Both the position numbers and the translations under genes were made by a program. A stretch of DNA of 64,000 nucleotides, taken from contig OZ024740.1 in assembly GCA_964016885.1 (NCBI GenBank), positions 385,516,001-385,580,000 on the forward strand, given 5' to 3'. This DNA is from Eledone cirrhosa. Its lineage: Eukaryota. Of this stretch, positions 40,379 to 52,754 are shown one piece after another (position 1 is the first letter of the stretch; every line of letters starts with the position of its first letter). The notes below the pieces were generated by a model, which was not told the origin of the DNA, made no database searches, and saw only the letters and a program-made list of their open reading frames with translations.

Positions 40379-40577
40379 TTAAGGATACTATTTATGGTTA
40401 TGTATATAATAAAACCTTTTATAGTTATATATATTTTAAACTCTAAATAGTGAAAGACAGTAATTCATTACTATCTTATTACCAGTAAGATAAATAGCTC
40501 AATGTAATGACATCAGTTGTTTTACAGAGCAGTTATATAGAAATTACATGAATCAAAGTTCAGTTTAAATCATTTAT

Positions 40578-40626
40578 TTGCTTACAATTGTTTCCTCCAA
40601 ACCGAGGTTTGGATTCTTCGGAGCAA
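40578..40626 (-). ncRNA. Minimal type I hammerhead-like motif (left-arm copy)
   Basis: Reverse complement of 40847..40895 with one change in loop II. Confidence 0.6.
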
Positions 40627-40846
40627 CTATTTAGTGATTTTTTACATACTTGACCTCCTTTTCAACACAAGAGACATATAAAAACATATGTATATATTGA
40701 CCCACAGTGGGTTGACATCCATCATAATAATTCTCTAATTGTATTATGATGGATGTCAACCCACTGTGGGTCAATATATACATATGTTTTTTTATATGTC
40801 TCTTGTGTTGAAAAGGAGGTCAAGTATGTAAAAAATCACTAAATAG

Positions 40847-40895
40847 TTGCTCCGAAGAATCCAAACCTCAGTTTGGAGGAAACAATTGTAAGCAA
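40847..40895 (+). ncRNA. Minimal type I hammerhead-like motif (right-arm copy)
   Basis: TTGCT-CCGAAGA-A-TCCAAAC(ctca)GTTTGGA-G-GAAA-C(AATT)G-TA-AGCAA followed by AATAAA; palindromic minimal stem III as in Penelope-associated hammerheads. Confidence 0.6.
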
Positions 40896-41074
40896 ATAAA
40901 TGATTTAAACTGAACTTTGATTCATATAATTTCTATATATATACATGGTGGCTGCCAACTCGTTTTCGAGTACAGCCACTACTTTATATCCATGTAGGAG
41001 AACCCCTACCGACGCGCTAAACAAGTGTGACTTTTTAGTCCAGCCAGCAACTTGAAAACTCTGGTACAAACACT

Positions 41075-41089
41075 ACACACATACATACA

Positions 41090-41121
<32 letters not shown>

Positions 41122-41200
41122 CATATATATACATATATATATATACATATATATACATATATATACATACATATATACATACATATATATATATATATAT
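41075..41200. repeat. (TACA)n/(TA)n microsatellite
   Basis: Direct inspection. Confidence 0.95.
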
Positions 41201-42922
41201 ATGATATTCTCTTCTTCCTCTACTGCTGTTCTTGTACATTTTGCAAATTGCATTGGCACACTACTGTGTATATTTGTTAATTTCTTATCTAATCTCTTGC
41301 AGCTATATTTATGTATAAAAATACCCTTAATTAATGCTGTAATTATGTTACTACTAAATAGCACAATATAATTCATCAGAACACTATTGATCTTAGGTAA
41401 TACTAACTGCTTCAAATCTATTGGTGTCTTTAGAATATATTCCTCCTTTCTTCATTTAATCTGGATATTCTTTTCCAAACTTTAAATGAATTTTTCTCTG
41501 TTGGTAACTAGCTTTAGAATATTTTTTTCTTTTTACTTGTTAATATTGCTCTATTTCTTTCCTTGCCATAACTATTAATACTGAAGATATTTTATAGATT
41601 TTTAAAGAATATGAAAGAAAATATCTCTGAACAAAAGTTATTAGCTTCTTAATTAAAATCAATTTATTTTGCCACAAAAACAAAAGCATTATTTACAAAA
41701 TTAAAAAAAGAAACATATTTCTTCGTTTATAAATATAGAAAGAAAAATTACTATAGATTTACAGCCGGATGCTAAAATATTTTGGATATTTTTTAAAGAT
41801 ATATTTTCATTCTTATCCTGTTTCATAATTAGCAAGGTTTGTTTAGGTTTATTTATCACCTAGAAGTATTCTTTAGCTATTTCTTTTGCCAATTTTTAAA
41901 TTTACTTGGAATTATAACAAGGAGATGAAGAACTTCATCAATAAAATGTAGCATGATTTTATGAATCTTGTGGATATTTGAGATGATTTAGTCATTTGTT
42001 AATAACCTAGACTGTTGGAGTTAATTGTGATAGCTCGTTTTTTTTTGGGGGGGGGGAGGGTTGCTTTCAATTTTCGTGTATATCTGAGATGACTTAGTAA
42101 TTTATTAATAATCTAGCTTTTGGGAGATAATTGTCGCAGTCCAGCCTCTTCCTGTTATTTCGTTTATATTTTCAATCCACATTTTCATGTGGGACACCAT
42201 AGATATATCCTTGATTCAAATATAGAGAATACCTATCAGAAAAATCAATTCTAATTACAAACATTTTCTCTAATGTATCAATGTACAACTTAAAAGTTAA
42301 AAAATATATATATATTCAGGGTTTTATATTTAAGTACATTAATATTGTCCAATTAGTGTTTTAAAATTGCACTATGTTTCTTAATCTAAATCAAACTTGC
42401 ACAATTAGAGCTTGAAGGCTACAGGCAATATGGTGAGATACTGAAACACCTAACTATTAATTTGGAAACATATTTCCAAGTCTAAAGAGATAATATCTTT
42501 GATATATATAAAAGTGAATGTTGGGAGACATTCATTGAGCTTTTAGATAGGACAGTAGAAATAAAATTCGTCAAATTCTTCCCTCTAGTTCATATATATC
42601 ATTCATAATTGATTTAGATTTTTTTTTTCTGACAAAGAACAAAGCCCATATATTATCAATATGATTTGATTGATCTTATAGAGTTAAAAAGCAAAGTCAA
42701 TTCCAGCTGTGTTTGATCACAGAAGGCATAGGAATGAAACTAAATATTATACACCGTTTATTCTGGTATCCTGCTTCATCTGCCAACTTGCCAGCTGTCT
42801 CATGGGATTCACAAGTAATATTAGAAATATTATAAAAATTCATTTACTTTATTTCACAATTTCCTGCAACATCTTTCATTTTTTTTTGTTTTACTTAAAA
42901 AAAAAACAATGCTCCTTGATTT

Positions 42923-42924
<2 letters not shown>

Positions 42925-42968
<44 letters not shown>
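42925..42968. repeat. (TG)n microsatellite
   Basis: Direct inspection. Confidence 0.97.
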
Positions 42969-42972
<4 letters not shown>

Positions 42973-44565
42973 GGAACCATTTGTCAATTCTGATAGTGTG
43001 CTTTTAGTCTGGTCTCTTCCCATCATCATTGCTGGGGGTCAGAGATCAAGGACAATTGCCCCAATGCTCATCTGTATGGTGCTCTATCTTCATGATTCTC
43101 ATCAGGAAAAAAACTGACATTGGTGTGTCCATAATTCTCATCCAGTCATTATTCAGAAGCTGGCTATCTAGCTGCTTATTTTCATCTCCAGGATGATATC
43201 AATGACCATATGCAAATTTGTCAAGGTGATTAATGAGTTCCATCTCAGTTTTGAAATCAGTGTTACTTCTCCTAGTCAGACTTCCAACCAAGGTTAATGA
43301 GCTCTGTCTACCTGTTTTTTTTTAACTAGAAGCTTTCATAGTCTGTGATAGATACTTATCTAGAGGTGATACCCTAAGATAATAGAAACCAACTGATATA
43401 TCAGCTTTAGGATTGAGAGTTCATCCATTTATGTTTAAAATCGTTTACTTTACTATAGTTATTCTTCTTTCTTTTTCTTTAAGTTTTATATCATGTATGT
43501 TGTAAACAACAGCATCATTTATTACAAGTTTTCAAAGCACCAAATACAACATTTTCAATGCTGAGAGTGACAAGGGAGTATTTGTAACATTGGTAAAATA
43601 AATACCACAATGTTTTCTTTGAATGCACTGGTTTATTAATTTTCTCAATGGCATGGACATCTTTTGCCAGTTCACATCTTCAAAGACCTATGCACACATA
43701 TACATATAGCTTAATAATGACAAGGTCACTTATTTTACCAAATCAATTCAATTTTTTTTTATTATTAAAGAAATATTTGCAACACAAAAGTAGTGTATTT
43801 TATTAAGATGGGTTAAATCAAACTTAGGAAAGATGCAAGAATAACAATAAGTAATTATTTTGTTTATTTACTCCAAGATTGCTGAAACTAGTGTGATCAA
43901 TCCTAATATTTCATTGGCTCAGTTGTAATTCCAAAAAAATGAATCCCACAATAAAAAAAAATAAAAAATAGAAGTAAACCAACACTTTCATTTAATAAGT
44001 TTATTTTAATATATTCATTCATAAATATATGTTCACACTTGACATGAGCTTTGACAAGGAAAATATGGAGACAGGAGACAAATGAGGCTAGCTTGGTCTA
44101 TGGCATGCATAATGTTAATATGAATGAAAAGCAAAGCAGATGTAATATGAAAAATCACCCAAGCATTAAAGGCATAAGCTGATGTATGCAAGAAAGAATG
44201 GACAATGAATGTTAGGTGGAAGAGCAATGTATTGTTAGTGGAGGATATCTACTGCTAACAGAAACAGATTTGGGAAATAATAGTGAAGTTAAATCTCAGG
44301 ATGTTGGTGCCACAGGTGAGTTAAAAAGGTGAAATGAGTTGCAATATGCTGTCTGGTAGATTCATTCAATCCATACCATTATAGAGAAACAGATGCTAAA
44401 ATTATAATGATCACAATAACAAACCTTTTAAAACCATTTTCCTGCTAAAATAGTTACCTTTTGAGTCCCATGATAAGCTTCTCAATTTCCCCTATCCTCA
44501 GTATCCCTCCCCACTAACCACTGGCTTTCATTTCTTCCATCATTATCTTTCTTAGTCTTCATCTT

Positions 44566-44752
44566 GGCAGTGGATTGGCAGTATCGGTAGAGAGTCAGAC
44601 GCCATGCTTTGACGCATAGAGTTACGGCCGTTGCCATTCTGAGTTCAAATCCCACCGAGGTTAACTTTGCCTTTCATCCTTACGGGGTCGATAAAATAAA
44701 GTACCAGTAATGCACTGCGTAATTGCTGGCCTTGTGCCAAAAAGTAGGAACA
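44566..44752 (+). mobile_element. tRNA-derived SINE with 24-bp TSD
   Basis: ATTATCTTTCTTAGTCTTCATCTT at 44542-44565 and 44753-44776. Confidence 0.95.
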
Positions 44753-44904
44753 ATTATCTTTCTTAGTCTTCATCTTCCTCTAATTCCTTCCACATTCATT
44801 TCCATACCATGCCTCAGTCAGTTTCTTTCATACTTCCTCAACATCTGACCCAGCTGTGTTATTCCATTTTGTTTCACAATATTCGTCATTTGCACTATTT
44901 CCTC

Positions 44905-45110
44905 TGCAATTCAGGTTTGCGGTCGTACACCTGGCAGTGGAGTCTTCTGGTGACCTCGGCCCCAGGGCTACCTCCTTACTCACTACCATAGGCGCTGAGC
45001 TGGCCAGCCGCAGGTGTGAGCCCCGTGAGTAGCAGTGGCTTTTCCAGTGCGTCTCCCTTGCCCTCCTCCAGGGAAACGCCTTCTCCATTCTGTCCTCCAG
45101 GGCTGTGGGT
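44905..45110 (+). mobile_element. CRE-clade non-LTR 3' fragment
   Basis: GC-rich island reading LAVESSGDLGP...IGAELA...EPRE*QWLFQCVSLALLQGNAFSIL across a frameshift. Confidence 0.7.
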
Positions 45111-45689
45111 GGGCCCCATCATGTACCATTGTAGTTGTTGTATACAGATATTAACTCATCAATCCCATTGTCCTAAACAACTGTAAATTATATCATTCAT
45201 TGTTTGTTTTCCTCTAAACAATACTCACTTGTTCACTGAGCCATTCTTATTTCACTGCTTTCTAGCCTTCTATGCTGCTCTGCACCATAAATCATGGCAC
45301 TTCTCACTCATATAACATCCACCCTTTCTTGCACATTCAGTGACACTCCTATTCCTCATTAACACACTTCTCAGTTCTCAGAACTTTTCTGTGTTCATCT
45401 CGCTCTGCTAAAGTTATGATTGATAACAATGCTGTTATTCATTTCAGCTTAGGATATCAAATAAAGCTATGCCAAATTCCTTGATGTCTTGATAAATCTC
45501 CTAAATCTTTCATATTGTGCTTTTAGAGGGTAAGCAGAGCACCATTTACGATCACAAAATATAACAATTGAAATTAAAGGGTTATTTTCCATTTATCTAT
45601 TTCTATTTTGTCTTCATCATTTTTCTCATCAAATATTACACATTGTTAAAACAGTAGGTTCCATTAAATTTGACTCCCATCATAAAACT

Positions 45690-45837
45690 CTTTACTTATG
45701 TATATTTATTAAGCTAATGTAATTGCTTCAGTAGTATATGAAATCCATGCCTTAGTTTAGCTTTAGTAGTAGCACTAAGTGGACGAGACTACACTGGGTT
45801 TCGACAACAAATGTGACATTTACAGCACCCATATGAC
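45690..45837 (-). other. Candidate terminal exon
   Basis: Acceptor catttcttccttttag| and AATAAA at 45705-45710 on the minus strand. Confidence 0.3.
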
Positions 45838-46256
45838 CTAAAAGGAAGAAATGTATTTCCTGTGAAAAATCATATATACATATACATACACAAGCCATTT
45901 GGCAATGAGAACAATATAATGTGAGAAATCAATAAAAGAAGTTAAACATGTACCATTTACCAATCTATGACACTGACAGTTAAACAATTGCCAAAAAGTC
46001 TAGCTGTTTCTAACATATATAATATATATGTTGTAGAATATCAATATCATAGGTGTAGTCTTAGAGTGCTGTAATAATAGTGAGATACATTAATCATGCT
46101 AGTTGCCTCAATTAACTTGTTTGAAAAATAGATACAACTCCTAGTTAATGTGAATCACTGTTGGTTTAACTTGTTAAGATGCTACCATATTGGTAAAAGT
46201 GTTGATGACTTGTATTCATTAATGTGGTTCTGTTTTCTTTGTCAAATACATTTTAC

Positions 46257-46467
46257 ATAACGCTTTCATTACCATATTTCCAATGAAAGAAGCTGACTTT
46301 GTTTTTCAATTACATTTGAAAATAACTTTCTTAATATTAAGCTAGTGTTTGGAGCATAACATAACAAAGGCACTTATATAAAACTATGATGAATGGTTTC
46401 TAGATAAATATAAACACTTTAAAATAAGCACTTGCAGAGTGGCAGATGCTGGTATTAAAAAGGTTAA
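46257..46467 (-). mobile_element. TTAA MITE copy
   Basis: Ends ggtattaaaaaggttaa; shared internal motifs. Confidence 0.6.
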
Positions 46468-46582
46468 TGACTGAACCTGTATATTTTATGACAATTATCT
46501 TTTTATATTTCAATCATACCGAACAAGGAATTTCAGTTGTTAATATTTCTAAAACATCTTTTCATTAGGGTATTAATCAGGA

Positions 46583-46618
<36 letters not shown>

Positions 46619-47179
46619 ACCACTATCATCATCACACTGATGCTTGCATTTATTTTTTTATTTATTTATTTTTATTTTTTTTTATTTTATATATTTATTT
46701 TTTTTAGCAGCTGCTATAAGTTGTACAGGTCTACTGAATGATGATAGTTTGATAAATATTGTTTCATGACTCAATTAATCATTGTTAATTCAATTCAGTA
46801 ATGATTTTTTTCTTTCCCCCCATTGTAATTCATTTATTTTCATAGTGTGTGTGTGTGAATGTATGTGTACATATGTGCATGTGTATGTTTGTATCTATAA
46901 ATGTGTGTGTGTATGTGTGTGTGTGTGTGTTTCTTAGTTCAGACAAAAATAATAAAAACCTAAAGGAACCTGTTTCTTTCAGGGTGAATGAATTTCTCAT
47001 TAAGTATTTTATTTATGGCATAGAGTTCAACAATGACAATAGTGTGCTCATAGCATACATTTTTATATTATATATTGTGCTCAGGTAGAAGATTAGGGGG
47101 TTACTGTTTGGAGACTGCATTCCTTCTCTTAAACTAGGTTTAATGATATTTGTAGATTTTTGTTATTTTGATATTTAGT

Positions 47180-47444
47180 TTAACCCTTTCATTTTTTATA
47201 TTTCTAATGAAATACACTCTTTATGATTTTTAATTAATTTTGAAAATATATATTTTTTTAATTGGAGGTTATTTAGTAAAATAACAAACTTTTCATTTTA
47301 AGCTGGTGTTTGAAACATAACTTAAAACTTTCTTACATAAAATTATGATGGAATGTTTATATTTAAATATGAACATTTTAAAACAACCTACCTTATATCA
47401 TAGACAAGAGACAGTTCCAGGTGGTTTAGTATCAAAAGGGTTGA
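47180..47444 (-). mobile_element. TTAA MITE copy
   Basis: TTAACCCTTTC ... TATCAAAAGGGTTGA. Confidence 0.7.
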
Positions 47445-48365
47445 AGATATTTTTAGACAAAGATTGGTGAAACAGTTAAAAGTCACTTAGCACACATGAC
47501 TCCTGAAAACTTGAACCGATTTTCTCTACCTTTGTCATCATGAAGCTGCAATTTATCATCAATGTAGCCATATTTTAACGTAATACTAAATATATGACAA
47601 TTTCACATCAGAATAATTAGTTAGTACTAAGAATTGCTTCATCATGCCATGATAATAGGCTCTATAAACTTTGGTTCTCATAAAAATTCTGGATTTCAGT
47701 AGAGCAGTTGACTAAATGGAAAACCATTTCATCTGCCTGTTACTGTGTAACTTTAGACTTTATGTATCCAGTTTAATTTCCTGTGATTCAGAGATCTAAT
47801 GACAGTGACTTCTTTAATTTATCATTTATCTACTATAAATATGAAACAGTTAGATAGAATCTTAAATTTGATATTGTTACAGATATTATTATTTGCATTC
47901 TTCTAACATCATCAATACTAAATTACATTGGAAAATAGGAAAAGTTGAAGTTGGATATATAATATCCTTTGAATACTACTTTCAACAATCCCATTGCACA
48001 CAGCAGTCCCATATGTACTTAAGTATTTAATTTGTATGCAAATTGAAGAGTAATCTGCTCATACATTTAATTGTATTCAATAGCTATTTAATGTTGACTG
48101 GAATACCACCACATGATTCTGAATTAAAATAGTTTGACATATGTTGTGTTATGCTTCTCACTACAACATATTAACTCTTTTTGCCTCAGTTGCTTGAATG
48201 ACAAGAGGTTCCGTCCTATTTCATATTTCACCAGTCAGTAGGAAAAAAAAAACAGTGTGAGAAAAATATAATGGTGAGAAATTCCTCTTTGAATATATTG
48301 AATTGTCTTTAATACTCAACTTAGGTTTTCTATATAGTCAACTTAGTCTGTTAAGTTAGACTTAC

Positions 48366-48420
48366 ACGATTATGCGTCCTTGTTTTTCGTGAAAGCAATG
48401 ATCGGAAACTCAAAATTATT
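48366..48420 (-). other. Candidate internal exon (55 nt)
   Basis: Acceptor ttttcctttttacatcactag|, donor |gtaagt; four CpGs in CpG-poor surroundings. Confidence 0.45.
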
Positions 48421-48586
48421 CTAGTGATGTAAAAAGGAAAATCAATTCTCATTAATAATTTAGTAATGCTGATTTCCTTGTAGAAATTTCAACAGTTTTA
48501 CTATTATTTTAAATGATTTTTCCAGCTGCTATCTTTTTTTACTATTTATCATTTTTGCTTTCTTTGTGCTAAATAGTATTTTAATA

Positions 48587-48587
<1 letters not shown>

Positions 48588-48649
<62 letters not shown>
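48588..48649. repeat. (TA)n microsatellite
   Basis: Direct inspection; similar tracts at 15484, 38820, 39449, 39798, 40322 and 53210. Confidence 0.97.
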
Positions 48650-48652
<3 letters not shown>

Positions 48653-49092
48653 CTTTTAAATACTTAATACTAATGCATCAGAATCATTGACTATTTCATG
48701 ATTTTCTATTCATCGTCATTATTTTCTTAATCACCACAATTTTTTTATTGCAATTATGCTTGTATTTGCAGTAGAGCATAATTTTATGTATCTTTTTTGT
48801 ATAATTTTGCTTGTAAGGGTTAACAAATATGCATAATCTAGTTTCCTTGAATTTATACTTGTTAAACGTCCATGCCCTACAGTTTTGTACAAAATTTCAG
48901 CTCAAATGAACTTAACATTTCATCTGACTGCAGGTTAAAATGTAGTCATTTGTAATACTAGGTTGCAATTAATTAAATGTTTTTGCTGTATAATACTGGA
49001 TATTTAATGCAGCATTTAAGTGACTTGAATTTTGCAGCAGTTAACATTGCTATTAACATTGTAGTAAATGTTAGATATTTAGATTCACTTAC

Positions 49093-49129
49093 TCCACATT
49101 CTTGTTCTTCCTGAATTGTGGTTGTAGCT
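49093..49129 (-). other. Candidate internal exon (37 nt)
   Basis: Pyrimidine-rich acceptor ending ttcttcacaag|, donor |gtaagt; purine-rich (GAAGAA). Confidence 0.3.
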
Positions 49130-50669
49130 CTTGTGAAGAAAAAAAGACAGTATTCAGAAAACCATGTAAATGAAAGGCATCAACTAAAGAATATGAATGC
49201 TTACTTTAAAAATATAGACAAAAATGAACAAAGGACAGCTCAACAGATGTTTCTTAATAACTTAAAGAAAATTAAAGTAATTAATCAAATCAATGCAAGG
49301 AGAAATTTTGAATGTAACACTGAGGATGATGATGGATAATTTTATAATGACTTTTCTCAGAAGTGTGATTACATTATATTGATCTCGGAAGGTATATTTT
49401 GTGGGGAATATTTTGTCACTTAATCTCACCTGTTAATTAATCTCACTATAATATTACTCCTGGGGTTTAATGAGCACAGTTGGTCCAGTGAGAGAAAATC
49501 CATCTAGAGTAGCTGTTTCAAGTGCTCTGTGAAGCAGTAGATCAAAGTTATTAATTGGACATTTGTAATTTACCAGTTTGTTAGTTTGTATTGATTATTT
49601 TGATTACACACAATGTTAATTTTTGTAAATGTATGAGTTAATTGCATTGAACCCAATGAGTATATCTTTGGCACTTGAGGACAGACTGGGGAAAAAAAAT
49701 CAAACCTTGTATGATTTGAACTTGTCAGGAAGGAAAATGAGACTAATATTGGATTTGGGGGGGGGGGGGGTTGAGGCATATGACCGAGTTTGTTTGGTGA
49801 GCAGTGTAGTCAACTAATGTGACCCTAGTATATCATTAGTATTGATTTAATTTATATATTTTAATATAATTTTTACAGAATTCTGGATAAAACTATATAT
49901 TAAGTGTGTAAATGTCAGAAATGACGTATTGATAATATAATTATAATTAATAATTGTCAGCTTATTAACTTCATCTGTAGAGATGAAACATTTTCTTTTA
50001 ATATTTATTTACATCTACACTGTATTTCAAATGGTTTGATCTCTAGTTGGCAGTACTGGCAGAGCACCAGACAAGATGCTTTGCACCATATAGTTACACC
50101 TCTTTACACATGAGTTCAAATCCAGCTGAAGTTAGCTTTGCCTTTAATCCCTATGGGGTCAATGGAATAAAGTACTAGCATTGCACAGTGTTTGATTGTA
50201 TTGACTTTCCCACCCCCAAATTGTTAGCCTTATACCTAAATCAGAAACCATTATTACATGTGTTATTATTGGATGTATACATAATACTTGACTGGATTCA
50301 AACAAGAAGCCTCTATTTCTGTATATACCAGGTGTAGTATATACAATACTATACTTAGTATATACATAGTAGCCACTATGCTATTCTGGTACTGTATGCA
50401 TATCTAGAAAGACATTAACAATTGAAGATCAAACCAAACAAAACTTTGCATTGGTGTAAATATTGTTAAAATGTTTAATATTTAAAGATTGGTTAATAAT
50501 TCAAAAGATTATGATCATAAAATTACTCAGTGTAATAAATCTTGTAGGTACTTCCAGTATTTCAAGCAGTTCAACCATGACTTTAGCAGTTTATTTAAGC
50601 CATCTTCTTAACTCTGATTTTGGGATATCTCTTTAAAACTGAAAGTTTGAAATAAGTCAAGTGGAGGGG

Positions 50670-50898
50670 TTAACACTTTTGATACCAAACTGTTTTATCA
50701 ATGATACAAAACTGTTTGTTATAAAGTATTAATATTTATCTACAAACCTTCCATCATATTTTTGTGAGAACCATTGTTATGTACTAAACACCAGAATGCG
50801 AAAGTCAACTATGCTACTGAATTCCTACAAATTCTTACATATTTTCAAACTTATTTGAGCAGTGTCTTTCATTAATAATATGGTAACAAAATGGTTAA
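50670..50898 (+). mobile_element. TTAA MITE copy
   Basis: TTAACACTTTTGATACC ... atatggtaacaaaatggTTAA. Confidence 0.65.
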
Positions 50899-51209
50899 AG
50901 GGTTAATATTTGCTGAGTGCTATATATGGAACTGCATTTAGGCACATTTCTCTGCTCCCATTATAATTCTCTCTTGAAATATATCCTACATTCCCTTCCT
51001 AAGTAAAAAAAAAAGAAAAATCACATATAAAAATTTCTCCATATTATATTACTGATTTGAAATACCTTAGATGTTTGGTGACTTTTTAATTTTTTTGTAT
51101 ACTTATTTACAACCAGCTTTAAATGGGGAAAAAATGGAATTTCTTTTAATAATCCTACTGTCTTGTATTACTGCCACTGAAATGCTTGTTCAATTCTTTT
51201 TAGACTCAC

Positions 51210-51424
51210 ATCTTTGCAGCAATCATGTCTGACTTGAAGGCTGCAATCTGCTTATAATATTCTGTAGTTTCAAGTACAAACACAAAAATCTTTGTCTTTA
51301 AGCAAGATTTATTTATTTAGCTACTTATCTTTCCTGATTCCAAAGTAATGCTTTCTGCGGGATATTCTCCTTTCTTGAAAAATAAATATTCCAACTTTAG
51401 TTCCTACATAGAAAGCAAATCGGT
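51210..51424 (-). other. Candidate exon (215 nt), non-coding or ending in ATG ATT GCT GCA AAG AT
   Basis: Acceptor tttttaccttttttctgccattatag|, donor |gtgagt; stops in all three frames in its 5' part. Confidence 0.45.
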
Positions 51425-51576
51425 CTATAATGGCAGAAAAAAGGTAAAAATACGAGAAATGACTGTCTGAACTTTCTTTGCTAAACGTGTGCGCACACAC
51501 ACATAAAAATACATACATGTGTGTATATATGTGTGCTGTGTGCGTGTGTGTATATATATGTATACACACACACATA

Positions 51577-51655
51577 CAGGGTGTCCCCAGAAAGTGTATA
51601 AACAAATGCTGTGCATTTTAATAAAAATGTGTGTACATTTTTGGGGGACACACTG
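51577..51655. mobile_element. 79-bp Tc1/mariner-type MITE
   Basis: TA|CAGGGTGTCCCCAGAAAGTGTA ... TACATTTTTGGGGGACACACTG|TA. Confidence 0.75.
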
Positions 51656-51844
51656 TATATTATATAGTTTCATATACGGTGTACTTTTAACCTTAAATCA
51701 AATAAATACCCACCCAAGGTAAATGGTCTTGCTTCTTTCGAATCTGATCTTATTAATCTAGTAGCAAACATCACCTTCTGCAAACACTTTAACTCTTTCC
51801 AAAACAAATTAAATTGAGAACAAAAATAGTTTTAAAACTTCCAA

Positions 51845-52754
51845 TCTATATATATAAAACTGTGGTTGTCTGTCTGTCTATCGATTTTTGGCACACATCT
51901 CCTCTTAGAATCTCTGACGGAATTGCACCAAAATTGCTATACTTGTACATTGAGCCCTAGCGAAGACATCGGAAAAAAATATTTCAAATTGACCCACCCT
52001 ATGTGACGAAATCGAATATAATGTATCGATTTTTGAGCGTAAGTGATCAGTTATTTCCCTTTGTTCTGTTTACATTGAGCGTCTTACGTAAAAAATTACG
52101 CTGGCTTTCTCAGCGTTTAAAATGACATTAACACAATACACGAACAGTTGTCGAGCCAGCAAAATATTGACCTGCAAAATTCATCAGTTCGAACACTAAG
52201 CTTCCGTTTTGCTTCATTTCCATTTAAAAGCATTTTAAAACAATATTTTTACTTGAAAACAAGTCTATTTAAAGACTACGTAAAACAAGCAAATATTTCG
52301 TCGTTAGGCGTGCAGACAGACAGTCGTGCAGACAGACAGTCGTGCAGAGAGGTGATATACGCGTGCAGACAGATAGTCGTGCAGAGAGGTGATATAGGCG
52401 TGCAGACAGACAGTCGTGCAGAGAGGTGATATAGGCGTGCAGACAGACATAACTGATAATTTGGTTACGCTAATGTTTTTATCTGCGTTGCAGTGTTTAC
52501 ATTTTCGATCTTTGTTAATAAATAACCAGTGCAGTTTTTATCCCCAGCATCCTCTTTTGTTATAACATTCGGGTTATCGTTATGTTTTCTTAACTTCATA
52601 AGGCATATTGTTGTTTGAGGGAATATTAATCAAAAACACCACATGCAAGTCTGCACAGTAGACACTACAGTTTTTAAGCCAAAAGAGAAACTTAACATTG
52701 TAACTTTAACACAGCTACTGAGCGACCCCGAGCAACGCCGGGCTTTACTGCTAG
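51845..52754 (+). mobile_element. Non-autonomous Helitron
   Basis: A|TCTATATATATAAAACTGTGGTTGTCTGTCTG ... CCCGAGCAACGCCGGG-ctttactg-CTAG|T; CpG-rich. Confidence 0.9.
52307..52449. repeat. About 37-bp tandem repeat inside the Helitron
   Basis: ggcgtgcagacagacagtcgtgcagagaggtgatata, about 3.5 copies. Confidence 0.9.

Larger units (their letters stand above)
40534..40939. repeat. About 196-bp-arm near-perfect fold-back palindrome (Penelope-like terminal repeat in inverted duplication)
   Basis: 40534..40729 pairs with 40742..40939 around a 12-nt spacer, with only a few differences. Confidence 0.95.
44470..45420 (-). mobile_element. Decayed RTE fragment hosting a SINE and a CRE insertion
   Basis: Minus-strand VRSAMIYGAEQ near 45280-45310. 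Confidence 0.5.

Noticed and set aside
41200-41600. NeSL/R2-like RT thumb remnant
   Set aside because: Only vague motif similarity.
41972-42140. About 60-bp degenerate direct duplication
   Set aside because: Real but old and uninformative.
51321-51443. Plus-strand 123-nt open exon (LLIFPDSKVM...GRKK)
   Set aside because: Weak donor (gtaaaa), unrecognised peptide, and stronger splice signals on the opposite strand.
52307-52449. CRISPR-like regular repeats (also 58095-58420 and 62136-62258)
   Set aside because: Tandem repeats without unique spacers, in a eukaryotic context with no cas genes.
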